Below, piece after piece: positions 38,074-46,978 of a DNA stretch of 64,000 bases. This DNA comes from a bacterium (lineage in GTDB: Bacteria > JADJOY01), in contig JAXLQJ010000014.1 in NCBI GenBank assembly GCA_046331705.1, positions 1 to 64,000 on the forward strand, given 5' to 3'. The position numbers and the translations under genes were made by a program. Numbering within the stretch: position 1 is the stretch's first letter; every line of letters begins with the position of its first letter. The notes beneath the pieces are model-generated. The model saw only the letters and a list, made by a program, of their open reading frames with translations, did no database searches and was not told the origin of the DNA.

Positions 38074-39597
38074 TCACGCCGCCGGCACCCAGGCGCGCGG
38101 CGCGATCGCGCGCCACGCGTGGCGCGCGATCTGCCGAAGGGCGCGCGTGAGATGCTCGCCGACCTGGGCGTTGCCGACCTGCGCCGAACGCAACGCGTAG
38201 AGCGCGAGCACCACGACGTCCGGCAGCTTGAGCGCGCGGTACGCCCGCGAGCGAACCAGCCCATCGACGAGGCGCGGCGGTAGCCACGGCAGCAGCACCA
38301 GCAGCGCGAAGAACGGCCGGTAGAAGCCGCGCTTGGCGGGCGGCAGCGCCAAGCGCCCGTTCATGAGGTGGATGCCTTCGCCGTGCGCCAGGCGCTCGAC
38401 GTCGGCAGGCTCCAGGTCTCCGCTCGCAACGGCGCGCTCGGCGAGCGGCAGATTGGCGAAATGCTGCATCGAGTAGCAGGTGATCTGCGCCGGCCGCATG
38501 CGGTTGTAGAGCAGCACGGCTTCCTCTTGCGCCTCACGCGTATCGCCCGGAATGCCGAAGATGTGGTCGGGATGAAGCGCCAGCCCCGCCTCCCGGCACA
38601 GCCGTCCCACCTCCTCGAGCTCGTGGTTCTTCTCGCGCCGTCCCAGCCGGCGCCGTTCGGCTTCGCTGCCGGTCTGCACCCCCAGCTCGAGCTTGTAGCA
38701 GCCGGCGCGCGCCAACAGCGCGACAGCCTCCTCGTCCAGGAATGCGGGATACGTGACCGCCTTGAACGGTAGCCCGATCTCCTCCGGGTAACGCGCCGCG
38801 AACTCGCGCAGCCACTCGCGGCTGTTGCCGAAGACGTCGTCCTCGAAGAGCACCCGCTCGATCCGGTGGCGAGCGCGGAAATGCCGGATCTCGCGCAGGA
38901 TCGTGTCCACGCCTCGGCGACGGATCGGATTGTCGCGGGGCTCGTAGAGGCGGTGATAGTGGCTGGCGCAGCAGAACGTACAGCGATACGGACAACCGCG
39001 CGTGGAAAGCGTCTGGAATGCGCGCGCGAAGCTCGCGTCGAGCGCGAAGAAGAGCTCCTTGTCGGGCAGCGGCAGCGCGTCGAGATCGCGGATGTAGGGC
39101 CTGACCGGGTTCGACCAGCGCTCGCCCGCGGCGTCCTTCCCCCACACGTTGGGGATCTCCCGCGGGGAACGGCCTGCGCCCAGCGCCTCCACCAGGTCGA
39201 GCAAGGCACCTTCGCCCTCGCCCACCACCACGTGATCGATGGCGGGCTCCGCCACCACCACGTCCGGACAGAGCGTGGGATGGATGCCCCCGAACACGAT
39301 CGGCAGCTCGGGCGCGCGGCGCTTGATGCGCCGGGCGCGCTCGCGACCCCACGGGTAGTTGATGGAGAAGACGCTGAAGCCGACCACGTCCGGGCGGGTC
39401 GCGAGCACCCGCTCCGCGAACCCGTCGGGATCGTCGAACAGCGACTTCAGCCGGTGCTCGTGGAAGAGCAGCTTGTCGTCGAAGAGCGCCGGATCGAACG
39501 CCAGCGCGACCGAGTGCCCGTGCACCTTCAGGTAGGCCGAGAGGGCCTCGACTCCCTGGTTCTCGAAGCCCATGCAGCAGAGCGTGACGCGCATCAC
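38074..39597 (-). CDS. B12-binding domain radical SAM protein
   Basis: IVFGGIHPT, VGEGE, TRGCPYRCTFC (CxxxCxxC), FEDDVF, LGVQTGS. Confidence 0.9.
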   Translation of the reverse strand: MMRVTLCCMGFENQGVEALSAYLKVHGHSVALAFDPALFDDKLLFHEHRLKSLFDDPDGFAERVLATRPDVVGFSVFSINYPWGRERARRIKRRAPELPIVFGGIHPTLCPDVVVAEPAIDHVVVGEGEGALLDLVEALGAGRSPREIPNVWGKDAAGERWSNPVRPYIRDLDALPLPDKELFFALDASFARAFQTLSTRGCPYRCTFCCASHYHRLYEPRDNPIRRRGVDTILREIRHFRARHRIERVLFEDDVFGNSREWLREFAARYPEEIGLPFKAVTYPAFLDEEAVALLARAGCYKLELGVQTGSEAERRRLGRREKNHELEEVGRLCREAGLALHPDHIFGIPGDTREAQEEAVLLYNRMRPAQITCYSMQHFANLPLAERAVASGDLEPADVERLAHGEGIHLMNGRLALPPAKRGFYRPFFALLVLLPWLPPRLVDGLVRSRAYRALKLPDVVVLALYALRSAQVGNAQVGEHLTRALRQIARHAWRAIAPRAWVPAA

Positions 39598-39687
39598 CGG
39601 TCCCCGAGCGAACCTACCGACGCGCGGAATCGGCCGTCAAACCCGAGTGCCTGGAAGCGCCGCCGCGGACGGCGTACGCTCCGGGCG

Positions 39688-40890
39688 ATGGCGCGTACGG
39701 CGGCCCGTGCCGCATCCCGGGCTTCGTCGCAGCCGCGGCGCACCCGCGCCCTCGCAGCGGCGTCCCGCAAGAGCTACGTGATCGGGGACTACACGGTCGT
39801 CGGCAGCCCGATCGGCAAGGGCGGCTACGCCTTCGTCCACCACGTGGTCTCGAAGCGCGGAGCCTCCTACGCCATCAAGGAGCTGCGCCACGCCCTCAAG
39901 GACCAGCGCGACACGGTGCGCCGCTTCCAGCGCGAGTTCGAGGTCACGGCGGCGCTCGGGCATCCCAACATCGTGAAGATGCACGAATGCTTCGAGGCCA
40001 ACGGCACCTGGAACATCCGCATGGAGCTGATCGACGGCACCAGCCTCGAGAGCCTGATGCGAGGCGGCGATCGCTTCCCCGCGCCGCTGGTCGCGGCGCT
40101 CGGCCTGCCGTTGCTGGCCGCGCTCGGATTCGCGCACCGCAGCGGCGCCGTGCATCGCGACGTGAAGCCCGGCAACGTGCTGGTCTCCCGGGCGGGCCAC
40201 GTCAAGCTCACGGATTTCGGCATCGCACGCCTCGAGGACGTGCAGGTGACGCGCGAGGGGATCCTGCTCGGCACTCCCGCGTACATGAGCCCCGAGCAGC
40301 TCGCGGGCAAGCGCGGCGCGGAGATCGACGCCCGCTCCGACCTCTATTCGCTCGGCGTCGTGCTCTACGAGCTGGCGGCGCGCAAGCACCCGCTCGCGAT
40401 CCGCCCCAAGAGCGACATCTACGAGATCATCCGCGTCAAGAACGAGCGGGATCCCACGCCCCTCGCCGTCGACGGCGGCGACGCACTGGCCGAGGTTCTC
40501 GCCAAGGCGCTGGCGCGCGATCCCGCCGACCGCTTCGCGAACGCCGACGACATGGCGGCGGCGCTGCGCCCGATCGCGGCGCCGAAGCGCGCGCTCAAGG
40601 ACATGCTCGGCAAGCGCGTGCGCGCGGCGAGCGCGCGCCCGAGCGGGCGAAAGCGCGCACCCGGGCGCGGAAAAAAGCCGGCCGTACCGGCGCTCGCCGC
40701 GTCGCGCTGGCGTCGCTATGCTGCGCTCGCCGCCTCCGGTGCGGCGGCCGTCGGGCTGGCCGCCGGGCTGTGGGTCGCGTGGCATCCCGAGGCAGTCGCC
40801 TCGCTCGAGCGGCACGCACGTCAGGTATACGAACGAACGGTGGGATCGGTGCTCGAACGCGCGCGTGAGGAAGCGGGAGAGCGCCGATGA
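39688..40890 (+). CDS. Hanks-type Ser/Thr protein kinase with C-terminal TM helix
   Basis: IGKGGYAFV, AIKEL, HRDVKPGN, TDFGIA, GTPAYMSPEQ, DLYSLG; start approximate. Confidence 0.92.
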   Translation: MARTAARAASRASSQPRRTRALAAASRKSYVIGDYTVVGSPIGKGGYAFVHHVVSKRGASYAIKELRHALKDQRDTVRRFQREFEVTAALGHPNIVKMHECFEANGTWNIRMELIDGTSLESLMRGGDRFPAPLVAALGLPLLAALGFAHRSGAVHRDVKPGNVLVSRAGHVKLTDFGIARLEDVQVTREGILLGTPAYMSPEQLAGKRGAEIDARSDLYSLGVVLYELAARKHPLAIRPKSDIYEIIRVKNERDPTPLAVDGGDALAEVLAKALARDPADRFANADDMAAALRPIAAPKRALKDMLGKRVRAASARPSGRKRAPGRGKKPAVPALAASRWRRYAALAASGAAAVGLAAGLWVAWHPEAVASLERHARQVYERTVGSVLERAREEAGERR

Positions 40891-41846
40891 CCGAGCCCAA
40901 GCACACCGAGCGACCCTCCACCACGCTCGCCACGGCGATTCGCCTCAAGGCCCTGCCGGAGTCGCGCGGGCCCGCGACACCCGGCATCACCGTTCTCAAC
41001 GGCGCGCAGCTGGGCGTGCGGTTCGATCTGGACGACGCCCGTCGCAACTTCGTCGTCGGGCGCGAGCCGGCGTGCGACATCTACATCGACGACGACACCG
41101 TCTCGCGCCGGCACGCCAAGCTCTACGTGCTGCACCTGCCCGACGGCTCCCAGCAGGTGCGCGTGGCAGACCTCGGCAGCACCAACGGGGTGTTCGTGAA
41201 CGAGGAGCGCATCGCCGAGGCGACGCTCCAACCGGGTGACAAGATCCATCTCGGCGACGTGATCCTGCGCTTCGAGTGGCTGGATCAGTACGACCGCAAA
41301 TTCCACGACCGGCTCGCGGAGAAGGTGCGGCAGGCGGCGGTCGATCCCACCACCGGGTTCCTCACCAAACGCTTCTACCTCGAGGAGCTTCCGCAGCTGG
41401 CAGCGGAGTGGTCGGAGGCGCGCGACGGCTACGCGCTGATCTTGATCGACCTGGACGGCTTCAAGCACGTCAACGACCAGTTCGGCCATGCGGTCGGCGA
41501 TCGGGTGCTGGCGCGGGTGGGCGCCCTGGCGCGAGCGCAGGTACGCACCAACGACATCGCCATCCGCTACGGCGGCGACGAGCTGGTCGTGGTGCTACCG
41601 CGCGCCGGCGAGGCCGACGCCGTCGCGGTGGCCACGCGCATCCGCGACGGCGTGCGCCGGGACCGTTGGGAAGAGATCCATCCGGCGATCAGCGTCCGGG
41701 TCAGCCAGGGCGTGGCTGCGTGGCGAAACCAGGCCGACGACCTCGCCACCGTCTTCCGCCGTGCCGATCGGGCGCTCTACTGTGCCAAGCACGGCGGCCG
41801 CGACCGCGTGGACGTCGCGGACGATTCGCGCGTCCCCAAGGGCTGA
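40887..41846 (+). CDS. FHA-domain diguanylate cyclase (FHA-GGDEF)
   Basis: VGR..VSRRHA..DLGSTNG (FHA); DLDGFKHVNDQFGHAVGD, RTND I-site, RYGGDEL, ADRALYCAK. Confidence 0.92.
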   Translation: MTEPKHTERPSTTLATAIRLKALPESRGPATPGITVLNGAQLGVRFDLDDARRNFVVGREPACDIYIDDDTVSRRHAKLYVLHLPDGSQQVRVADLGSTNGVFVNEERIAEATLQPGDKIHLGDVILRFEWLDQYDRKFHDRLAEKVRQAAVDPTTGFLTKRFYLEELPQLAAEWSEARDGYALILIDLDGFKHVNDQFGHAVGDRVLARVGALARAQVRTNDIAIRYGGDELVVVLPRAGEADAVAVATRIRDGVRRDRWEEIHPAISVRVSQGVAAWRNQADDLATVFRRADRALYCAKHGGRDRVDVADDSRVPKG

Positions 41847-41868
41847 ATCGCCCTTCCTGCCGGTGCCG

Positions 41869-42132
41869 TCAGGCCGAGAGCTTGAGCTCGAGCGGCTCGA
41901 GCGGGGCGGCCTCCACCGGCGCAGCCAGCGCGCTCGCCGCGTCGCGGCTCTGGCGATGCCGCAACACCTCGAGCCGGCGAAAGCGCCAGAATCGCCCTTG
42001 CTTGAACGCCGGGATCTCGCCGCGGCGGGCCAGCTCGTTCACGTCGTCGGGGCTCAGGTCGAGCAGCACGGCGACGTCACGGCTGCTGAGCGGCGGTTCG
42101 AGAATCGTACGCGGGTTTGCCATCGGTGCCAT
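41869..42132 (-). CDS. Small excisionase/BldC-like helix-turn-helix DNA-binding protein
   Basis: LSSRDVAVLLDLSPDDVNELARRGEIPAFKQGRFWRF (HTH_17 pattern). Confidence 0.85.
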   Translation of the reverse strand: MAPMANPRTILEPPLSSRDVAVLLDLSPDDVNELARRGEIPAFKQGRFWRFRRLEVLRHRQSRDAASALAAPVEAAPLEPLELKLSA

Positions 42133-42218
42133 CCGTGAGGCTCATGAAGCACTGCGTCATGACCGACCCTCACCGGATAACACGCTGCGTCAAAATCCGT
42201 CAAACACCGTTCCAGGCA

Positions 42219-42431
42219 TCAGTCGAGGATCGCCACGACTTGGTCCTCGACGACCGAGTCGCCGACGGCGACCGCCACCTTCGCGATCGTGCCAGCGGCG
42301 GGCGCCTCGACCGGGATCTCCATCTTCATCGACTCGAGGATCACGATGGCGTCGCCCTCTGCGACGGACTCGCCCACCTGCTTGTCGATGCGGAACACCA
42401 CTCCCGTGATCTGCGCGCGCACCTCGATCAT
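42219..42431 (-). CDS. Stand-alone biotin carboxyl carrier protein
   Basis: 70 aa, ILESMKMEIPVEAPAAG; start at ATG 42431. Confidence 0.9.
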   Translation of the reverse strand: MIEVRAQITGVVFRIDKQVGESVAEGDAIVILESMKMEIPVEAPAAGTIAKVAVAVGDSVVEDQVVAILD

Positions 42432-42459
42432 CGAGCTCTCTCCCCGCTGCATCCGTCGG

Positions 42460-43818
42460 TCAGGTGAACGCGCCGCGCTCCAGCGCACCGGTGTCGAGCT
42501 CGCCGCGCTGAAACGCATCGCTGGTCAGGATCTTGAGATGCATCGCGATGTTGGTCTTGATGCCCTTGATGCGCGTCGCCTCGAGCGCGGCGCGCATGCG
42601 AGCGATCGCCTGCGGGCGGCTCTCGCCCCACGCCGAGATCTTGGCGACCATCGGATCGTAGAACGGCGAGACCGTGTAGCCACCCTGCACGCCCGAGTCC
42701 ACGCGCACGCCTTCGCCTTCGGGGAACGCCAGCGTCTCGATCAGGCCCGGCGAGGGCATGAACTTCTTGTCGGGGTCCTCGGCGTAGATGCGGCATTCGA
42801 TCGCCGAGCCACGCTGCGCGAGCGCATGGCCCTCCAGACCCGAGTGCTGCCCGGCCGCGACGCGCAGCTGCATCTCGACCAGGTCGAGCCCGGTCGTCAG
42901 CTCGGTCACCGGGTGCTCCACCTGGAGGCGGGTGTTCATTTCCAGGAAGAAGAAGCTCATGTCGCGATCCACCAGGAACTCGACCGTGCCGGCGTTCACG
43001 TAGCCCACCGCGCGCGCCGCCTCGCGCGCCGCCTCGTGGAGCGAGCGCCGGACCTCGGCGTTGCGGCCTTCCAGGAAGAGCGGCGACGGCGTCTCCTCGA
43101 TCACCTTCTGGTGGCGTCGCTGCACCGAGCATTCGCGCTCGAAGATGTGGTGCGCGGTCCCGTCCAGCTCGCCGAAGACTTGCACCTCGACGTGCCGCGG
43201 GCGCTCCAGGTAGCGCTCGAGATACACGGCGCCGTTTCCGAAGGCCCGCCGCGCCCGCTCGCTCGCCGACTCGACCAGCTTCACCAGCTGCTCGGGTCCC
43301 TCGGCGACCTGCATGCCGATGCCGCCGCCGCCACCGACCGCCTTGATCAGCACCGGAAAGCCGATGCGCTCGGCCTCGGCGAGCGCTTGCTCGGGCGCGA
43401 CCGGCGTGAGCGTGCCGGGAACCACGGGCACGCCCGCCGCGGACATGGTCTCACGCGCCCGGACCTTGTCGCCCATGAGCGTGATGACCTCGGGCGACGG
43501 TCCCACCCACACCAGGCCCGAATCCCGCACCCGTCGCGCGAAGTCCGCGTTCTCCGACAGGAACCCGTAGCCGGGATGGATCGCCTCTGCGCCGGTCGCG
43601 TGCGCGATCTGCAAGATCGCCTCGGCGTTCAGGTAGCTCTTGAGCGAGGGCGCCTCGCCCACGCGGTGCGCCTCGTCGGCGTAGTAACGGTGCAGCGCCC
43701 GCTCGTCGGCGTCGGAGTACACGGCCACCGTCTCGACGCCCAGCTTGCGGGCGGAACGGATCACGCGGCAGGCGATCTCACCGCGATTGGCCACCAGGAG
43801 CTTCCGGAACATGGTCAC
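42460..43818 (-). CDS. Biotin carboxylase (acetyl/propionyl/methylcrotonyl-CoA carboxylase alpha type)
   Basis: LVANRGEIACRV, IHPGYGFLSENA, GGGGIGM, ERECSVQRRHQK, LEMNTRLQVEHPVTE, YDPMVAK. Confidence 0.95.
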   Translation of the reverse strand: MTMFRKLLVANRGEIACRVIRSARKLGVETVAVYSDADERALHRYYADEAHRVGEAPSLKSYLNAEAILQIAHATGAEAIHPGYGFLSENADFARRVRDSGLVWVGPSPEVITLMGDKVRARETMSAAGVPVVPGTLTPVAPEQALAEAERIGFPVLIKAVGGGGGIGMQVAEGPEQLVKLVESASERARRAFGNGAVYLERYLERPRHVEVQVFGELDGTAHHIFERECSVQRRHQKVIEETPSPLFLEGRNAEVRRSLHEAAREAARAVGYVNAGTVEFLVDRDMSFFFLEMNTRLQVEHPVTELTTGLDLVEMQLRVAAGQHSGLEGHALAQRGSAIECRIYAEDPDKKFMPSPGLIETLAFPEGEGVRVDSGVQGGYTVSPFYDPMVAKISAWGESRPQAIARMRAALEATRIKGIKTNIAMHLKILTSDAFQRGELDTGALERGAFT

Positions 43819-43868
43819 GAGCCTCTCCGCCGAACCTGCGGCGGCGCGAAGGAAGAAAAGGACGGCCG

Positions 43869-43898
43869 AACGTAGAGGCGGGCCGCGTGAGCTGTCAA
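43869..43898 (-). promoter_or_regulatory. Sigma70-like promoter for the biotin carboxylase operon
   Basis: Minus strand TTGACA-N18-TACGTT. Confidence 0.45.
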
Positions 43899-43975
43899 GG
43901 AATGGTGCCGACGCCAGGCGCCTCGGTGCGACCGTCCGGGAACGAGCGATCGCGAGCCCGAATCGCCATCGTCAT

Positions 43976-44005
43976 TTGACCATGCTCGACGCTCACCGAT
44001 ATGAT
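43976..44005 (+). promoter_or_regulatory. Sigma70-like promoter for the GTPase gene pair
   Basis: TTGACC-N18-TATGAT, 60 nt upstream of ATG 44066. Confidence 0.55.
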
Positions 44006-44065
44006 TTTTCGAGGCATTTCGCGCGTTGCTCGGCGGACAGGCGCTCGCGATCCCGAGGATGGCCG

Positions 44066-45223
44066 ATGGCACTCATCCGGTACGCGACCCGGGAAATCAC
44101 CGCCAAGCTCGTCTACTACGGCCCGGGTCTATCCGGGAAAACCAGCAACCTCCAGTTCATTCATTCGCGGCGCGCGTTCGGCAAGGTCGGCGAGCTGCTG
44201 AGCCTCGCCACCGGCGGTGACCGCACGCTCTTCTTCGATCTGCTGCCGGTGAGCGCCGGCACCATCGCCGGCTTCAACCTGCGCTTCCAGCTCTTCACCG
44301 TCCCGGGGCAGATCTTCTACAACAAGACCCGCAAGATGGTGCTGCGCGACGCCGACGGCGTGGTGCTGGTCGCCGACAGCTCGCGCGACGCGCGCGAACG
44401 CAACCGCGAGAGCCTCGACAACCTCAAGCAGAACCTGCACGAGAACGGGCTGGACTACGACACCATCCCGCTGGTGCTGCAGCTCAACAAGCGCGACCTC
44501 CCCGACGCCCAGCCCGTCGCGGAGATGGACGTGGAGCTCAACGACCGGCACGTGCCCGTCTTCGAGGCCATCGCCACCGAGGGCGTCGGCGTGGTCGAGA
44601 CGCTGTCGACGGTGATGCGCGCGGTGCTCGCCGATCTGGACCGCAAGTACAACATCTATCGCGGCAAGAGCGGCGAGGACGCGGACCCGCTGGCGAGCTT
44701 CGACCTCGGGCTCGGCGGGCCGAGCCAGCCCGCGCCAAAGAGCGCGCCCCCGGCGGCGCCGCCGCCCGTCGCTCCGCGCGGCAACGACCCGCCGCCGGCA
44801 CCACCCGCGCCGTCGCGCGTGGTCGCGCAAGCGCCAGCGGCACCGGCGGCGACCAGCGGCGCGCCGGCGGCGCGCGATGCCCCCGCCGCACCCGCGCGCG
44901 CCGCGGCGCCCGCGAGCCCGGAGCGTGCCATCGCCGATCTGCTTGCGCAGACCGTCGCCCGGCTCGACGTGCTCACGAACGAGCTGCGCCACGCGCAGTC
45001 CCAGGAGCGGCAGGAGCTCAAGACCGCGATCGACGGCCTCAAGGCGCCCGCGCTCATGAGCCTCGAGGAGGCGGCCCGCTATCTCCAGGTGGCTCCCGCC
45101 ACCCTCGAGGCGCTCGCGAACGAGCGCGCGATCCCCTGCACTCGCCTCGACGCGTCGAGCGGCTGGCTCTTCACCAAGGCTCTGCTCGACGAATGGGTTG
45201 CCGCACGTAGTCGCAGCCCTTGA
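44066..45223 (+). CDS. MglA/SofG-like small GTPase fused via a Pro/Ala linker and helical segment to an excisionase-like HTH
   Basis: KLVYYGPGLSGKTSNL, DRTLFFD, TVPGQ, NKRD; C-terminal MSLEEAARYLQVAPATLEALANERAIPCTRL..WLFTKALLDEW. Confidence 0.9.
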   Translation: MALIRYATREITAKLVYYGPGLSGKTSNLQFIHSRRAFGKVGELLSLATGGDRTLFFDLLPVSAGTIAGFNLRFQLFTVPGQIFYNKTRKMVLRDADGVVLVADSSRDARERNRESLDNLKQNLHENGLDYDTIPLVLQLNKRDLPDAQPVAEMDVELNDRHVPVFEAIATEGVGVVETLSTVMRAVLADLDRKYNIYRGKSGEDADPLASFDLGLGGPSQPAPKSAPPAAPPPVAPRGNDPPPAPPAPSRVVAQAPAAPAATSGAPAARDAPAAPARAAAPASPERAIADLLAQTVARLDVLTNELRHAQSQERQELKTAIDGLKAPALMSLEEAARYLQVAPATLEALANERAIPCTRLDASSGWLFTKALLDEWVAARSRSP

Positions 45224-45239
45224 ACCTCGGGGACGCGAC

Positions 45240-46829
45240 ATGTCGTTCCTCATCTCGCGCGCCCCGGTCACCCGCTGTCGGGTGGTCTACTTCGGCCCTC
45301 CGGGCGCCGGAAAAGCCACGAGCCTTCGTTACGTCTACGCGAACATCAATCCGCTGCGCAAAGGCGAGCTGCGCCAGCGCGCGCGCGGCCGTGACCAGAT
45401 CCTCGAGCTTTCCTTCGACGTGCGCATCCGCTCGGCCGTCGCGCGGGTGAGCCTGGCGACGGTCACCGGCCCGATCAGCGATCCCCAGGCCTGCGTCGAC
45501 ATCCTGGAAGGCGTGCACGGCCTGGTGCTGGTGGCCGATTCGTCCCCGTCCGCGTTCGGCGCCAACTTGCGCAGCCTGCAGATCGTGGAACAGGCGCTCG
45601 GCGTCACGCGGCGGCGGCTCGCGGCGATTCCGCACGTCCACCAGTACAACAAGCGCGACCTGAGCGACGCGCTGCCGATCGCCGAGCTCGACGACGCCCT
45701 CAACCGTTACAGCGTTCCCTCCTACGCCACCGTCGCGACCGAGGGCCGCGACGTCGAGGACGCGCTGGTCGCGGTGACGGCGAGCATCATCGACACCACG
45801 AGCCAAGAGAAGCCGAGCGGCGCCGGCACCGGACCGGGCCGCGACGCCCAGCCCGACCTCACGCCGCTCGAGCGCGCCGAGCGCCAGAACCTCAAGCAAC
45901 GGCTGCTGCGCCAGCGGCGTCGCGAGGAGCTCGACAAGGCGCTGGATCTCGCCGAGCGCTTCCTCAAGCAGGAGGACCTCGGCGAATGCCTGCGCTGGGC
46001 CCGCAAGGCGCTCGAGCAGGACCCCGAGCACACCCGTGCTCGGGAGCTCTACGAACGCGCCAAGGCCAAGCTCGACGAGCTCGTGGAGCGGCTCTACGAC
46101 GACGCCGTCGCGGCCCGCGATCAGGGCGATCTCGCCGGAGCGGCCGAGCGCGCCGAGCACGCGCTGGAGCTTCATCCTCACCATCGCGGCTTCGAGCTCT
46201 TGCTCGGCGAGATTCGGGCGCTCACGCGCAAAGCGCTCACGACCGGTGCCCCGAGCGCCGCCGCTGCGACGCCACCGCCGCGCCCCGCTCCTCCGCCGGC
46301 CGTCGCGAGCACTCCTCCTCCCGAGCCGGCGCGCGACGACGAGCACGACGAGCACAAGGCGGAAGTGGTCGCGCTCATTCGTCAGAGCGAGGAGCTGTTG
46401 CGACGCGCCGAGCACCGCGGCGCGCTCGAGATCCTCGCGCGCCTCGAAGCGAGCGCGACCGGGCTCGGCGCCAGCGCGCCGGGCCTGGTCGCGGCCCTCG
46501 AGCAGCGCCGCCGCACGGTGCTCGAGGGACTGAAGCAGCGCGCTCGAAAGCGGCTCGAAGCCGGTGACTACGAGCGCGCGCTCGAGGACCTGACGCTGCT
46601 TCTCGAGCACGATTCGCACGACGCGCAAGCGTTGGCGCTGGTGGACCAGGTCGGCACCGCCATCATCGCGCGCGCGGCCTCGGGCGGACCCGCCGGCGCC
46701 CGCAACGCGACGCGTTCGTCACCCGAGCCCCCGCGCCCAGCGAACCGCGACGCCGCGCCAGGCTCCGCCGACTGGGACCTGGCATCCGAGCTCGACGCGC
46801 CGTCGTCGCGTCGCAAGCGCGGCCACTAG
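45240..46829 (+). CDS. Degenerate MglA-like GTPase domain plus TPR-like repeats
   Basis: RVVYFGPPGAGKATSL, GLVLVADS, QYNKRDL, VATEG; TPR-like KALEQDPEH, HALELHPHH, LLEHDSHD. Confidence 0.8.
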   Translation: MSFLISRAPVTRCRVVYFGPPGAGKATSLRYVYANINPLRKGELRQRARGRDQILELSFDVRIRSAVARVSLATVTGPISDPQACVDILEGVHGLVLVADSSPSAFGANLRSLQIVEQALGVTRRRLAAIPHVHQYNKRDLSDALPIAELDDALNRYSVPSYATVATEGRDVEDALVAVTASIIDTTSQEKPSGAGTGPGRDAQPDLTPLERAERQNLKQRLLRQRRREELDKALDLAERFLKQEDLGECLRWARKALEQDPEHTRARELYERAKAKLDELVERLYDDAVAARDQGDLAGAAERAEHALELHPHHRGFELLLGEIRALTRKALTTGAPSAAAATPPPRPAPPPAVASTPPPEPARDDEHDEHKAEVVALIRQSEELLRRAEHRGALEILARLEASATGLGASAPGLVAALEQRRRTVLEGLKQRARKRLEAGDYERALEDLTLLLEHDSHDAQALALVDQVGTAIIARAASGGPAGARNATRSSPEPPRPANRDAAPGSADWDLASELDAPSSRRKRGH

Positions 46830-46911
46830 AAGCCTGTTGCGCGTTGCGCTTCGCACCGCGCCAGGCTCCTCGCCGGGCGCGCGCAGAAGCTCGTTTTCAC
46901 GAGTTTTTTCC

Positions 46912-46941
46912 TTGACTTTGAAAAATCCACGGCCGTAGCAT
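46912..46941 (+). promoter_or_regulatory. Sigma70-like promoter
   Basis: TTGACT-N18-TAGCAT in an AT-rich patch; GAGGAGG RBS before ATG 46979. Confidence 0.55.
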
Positions 46942-46978
46942 CGAGTTCGAACCGAGCTTCGGCACGCGAGGAGGACTA

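Noticed and set aside
41869-42132. Prophage excisionase marking a mobile element
   Set aside because: No integrase, att site or phage genes nearby; flanked by host signalling and metabolic genes
46831-46867. Terminator or REP-like hairpin after the pseudo-GTPase (AGCCTG...CAGGCT)
   Set aside because: Imperfect stem, no U-tract, and no second copy seen in the window
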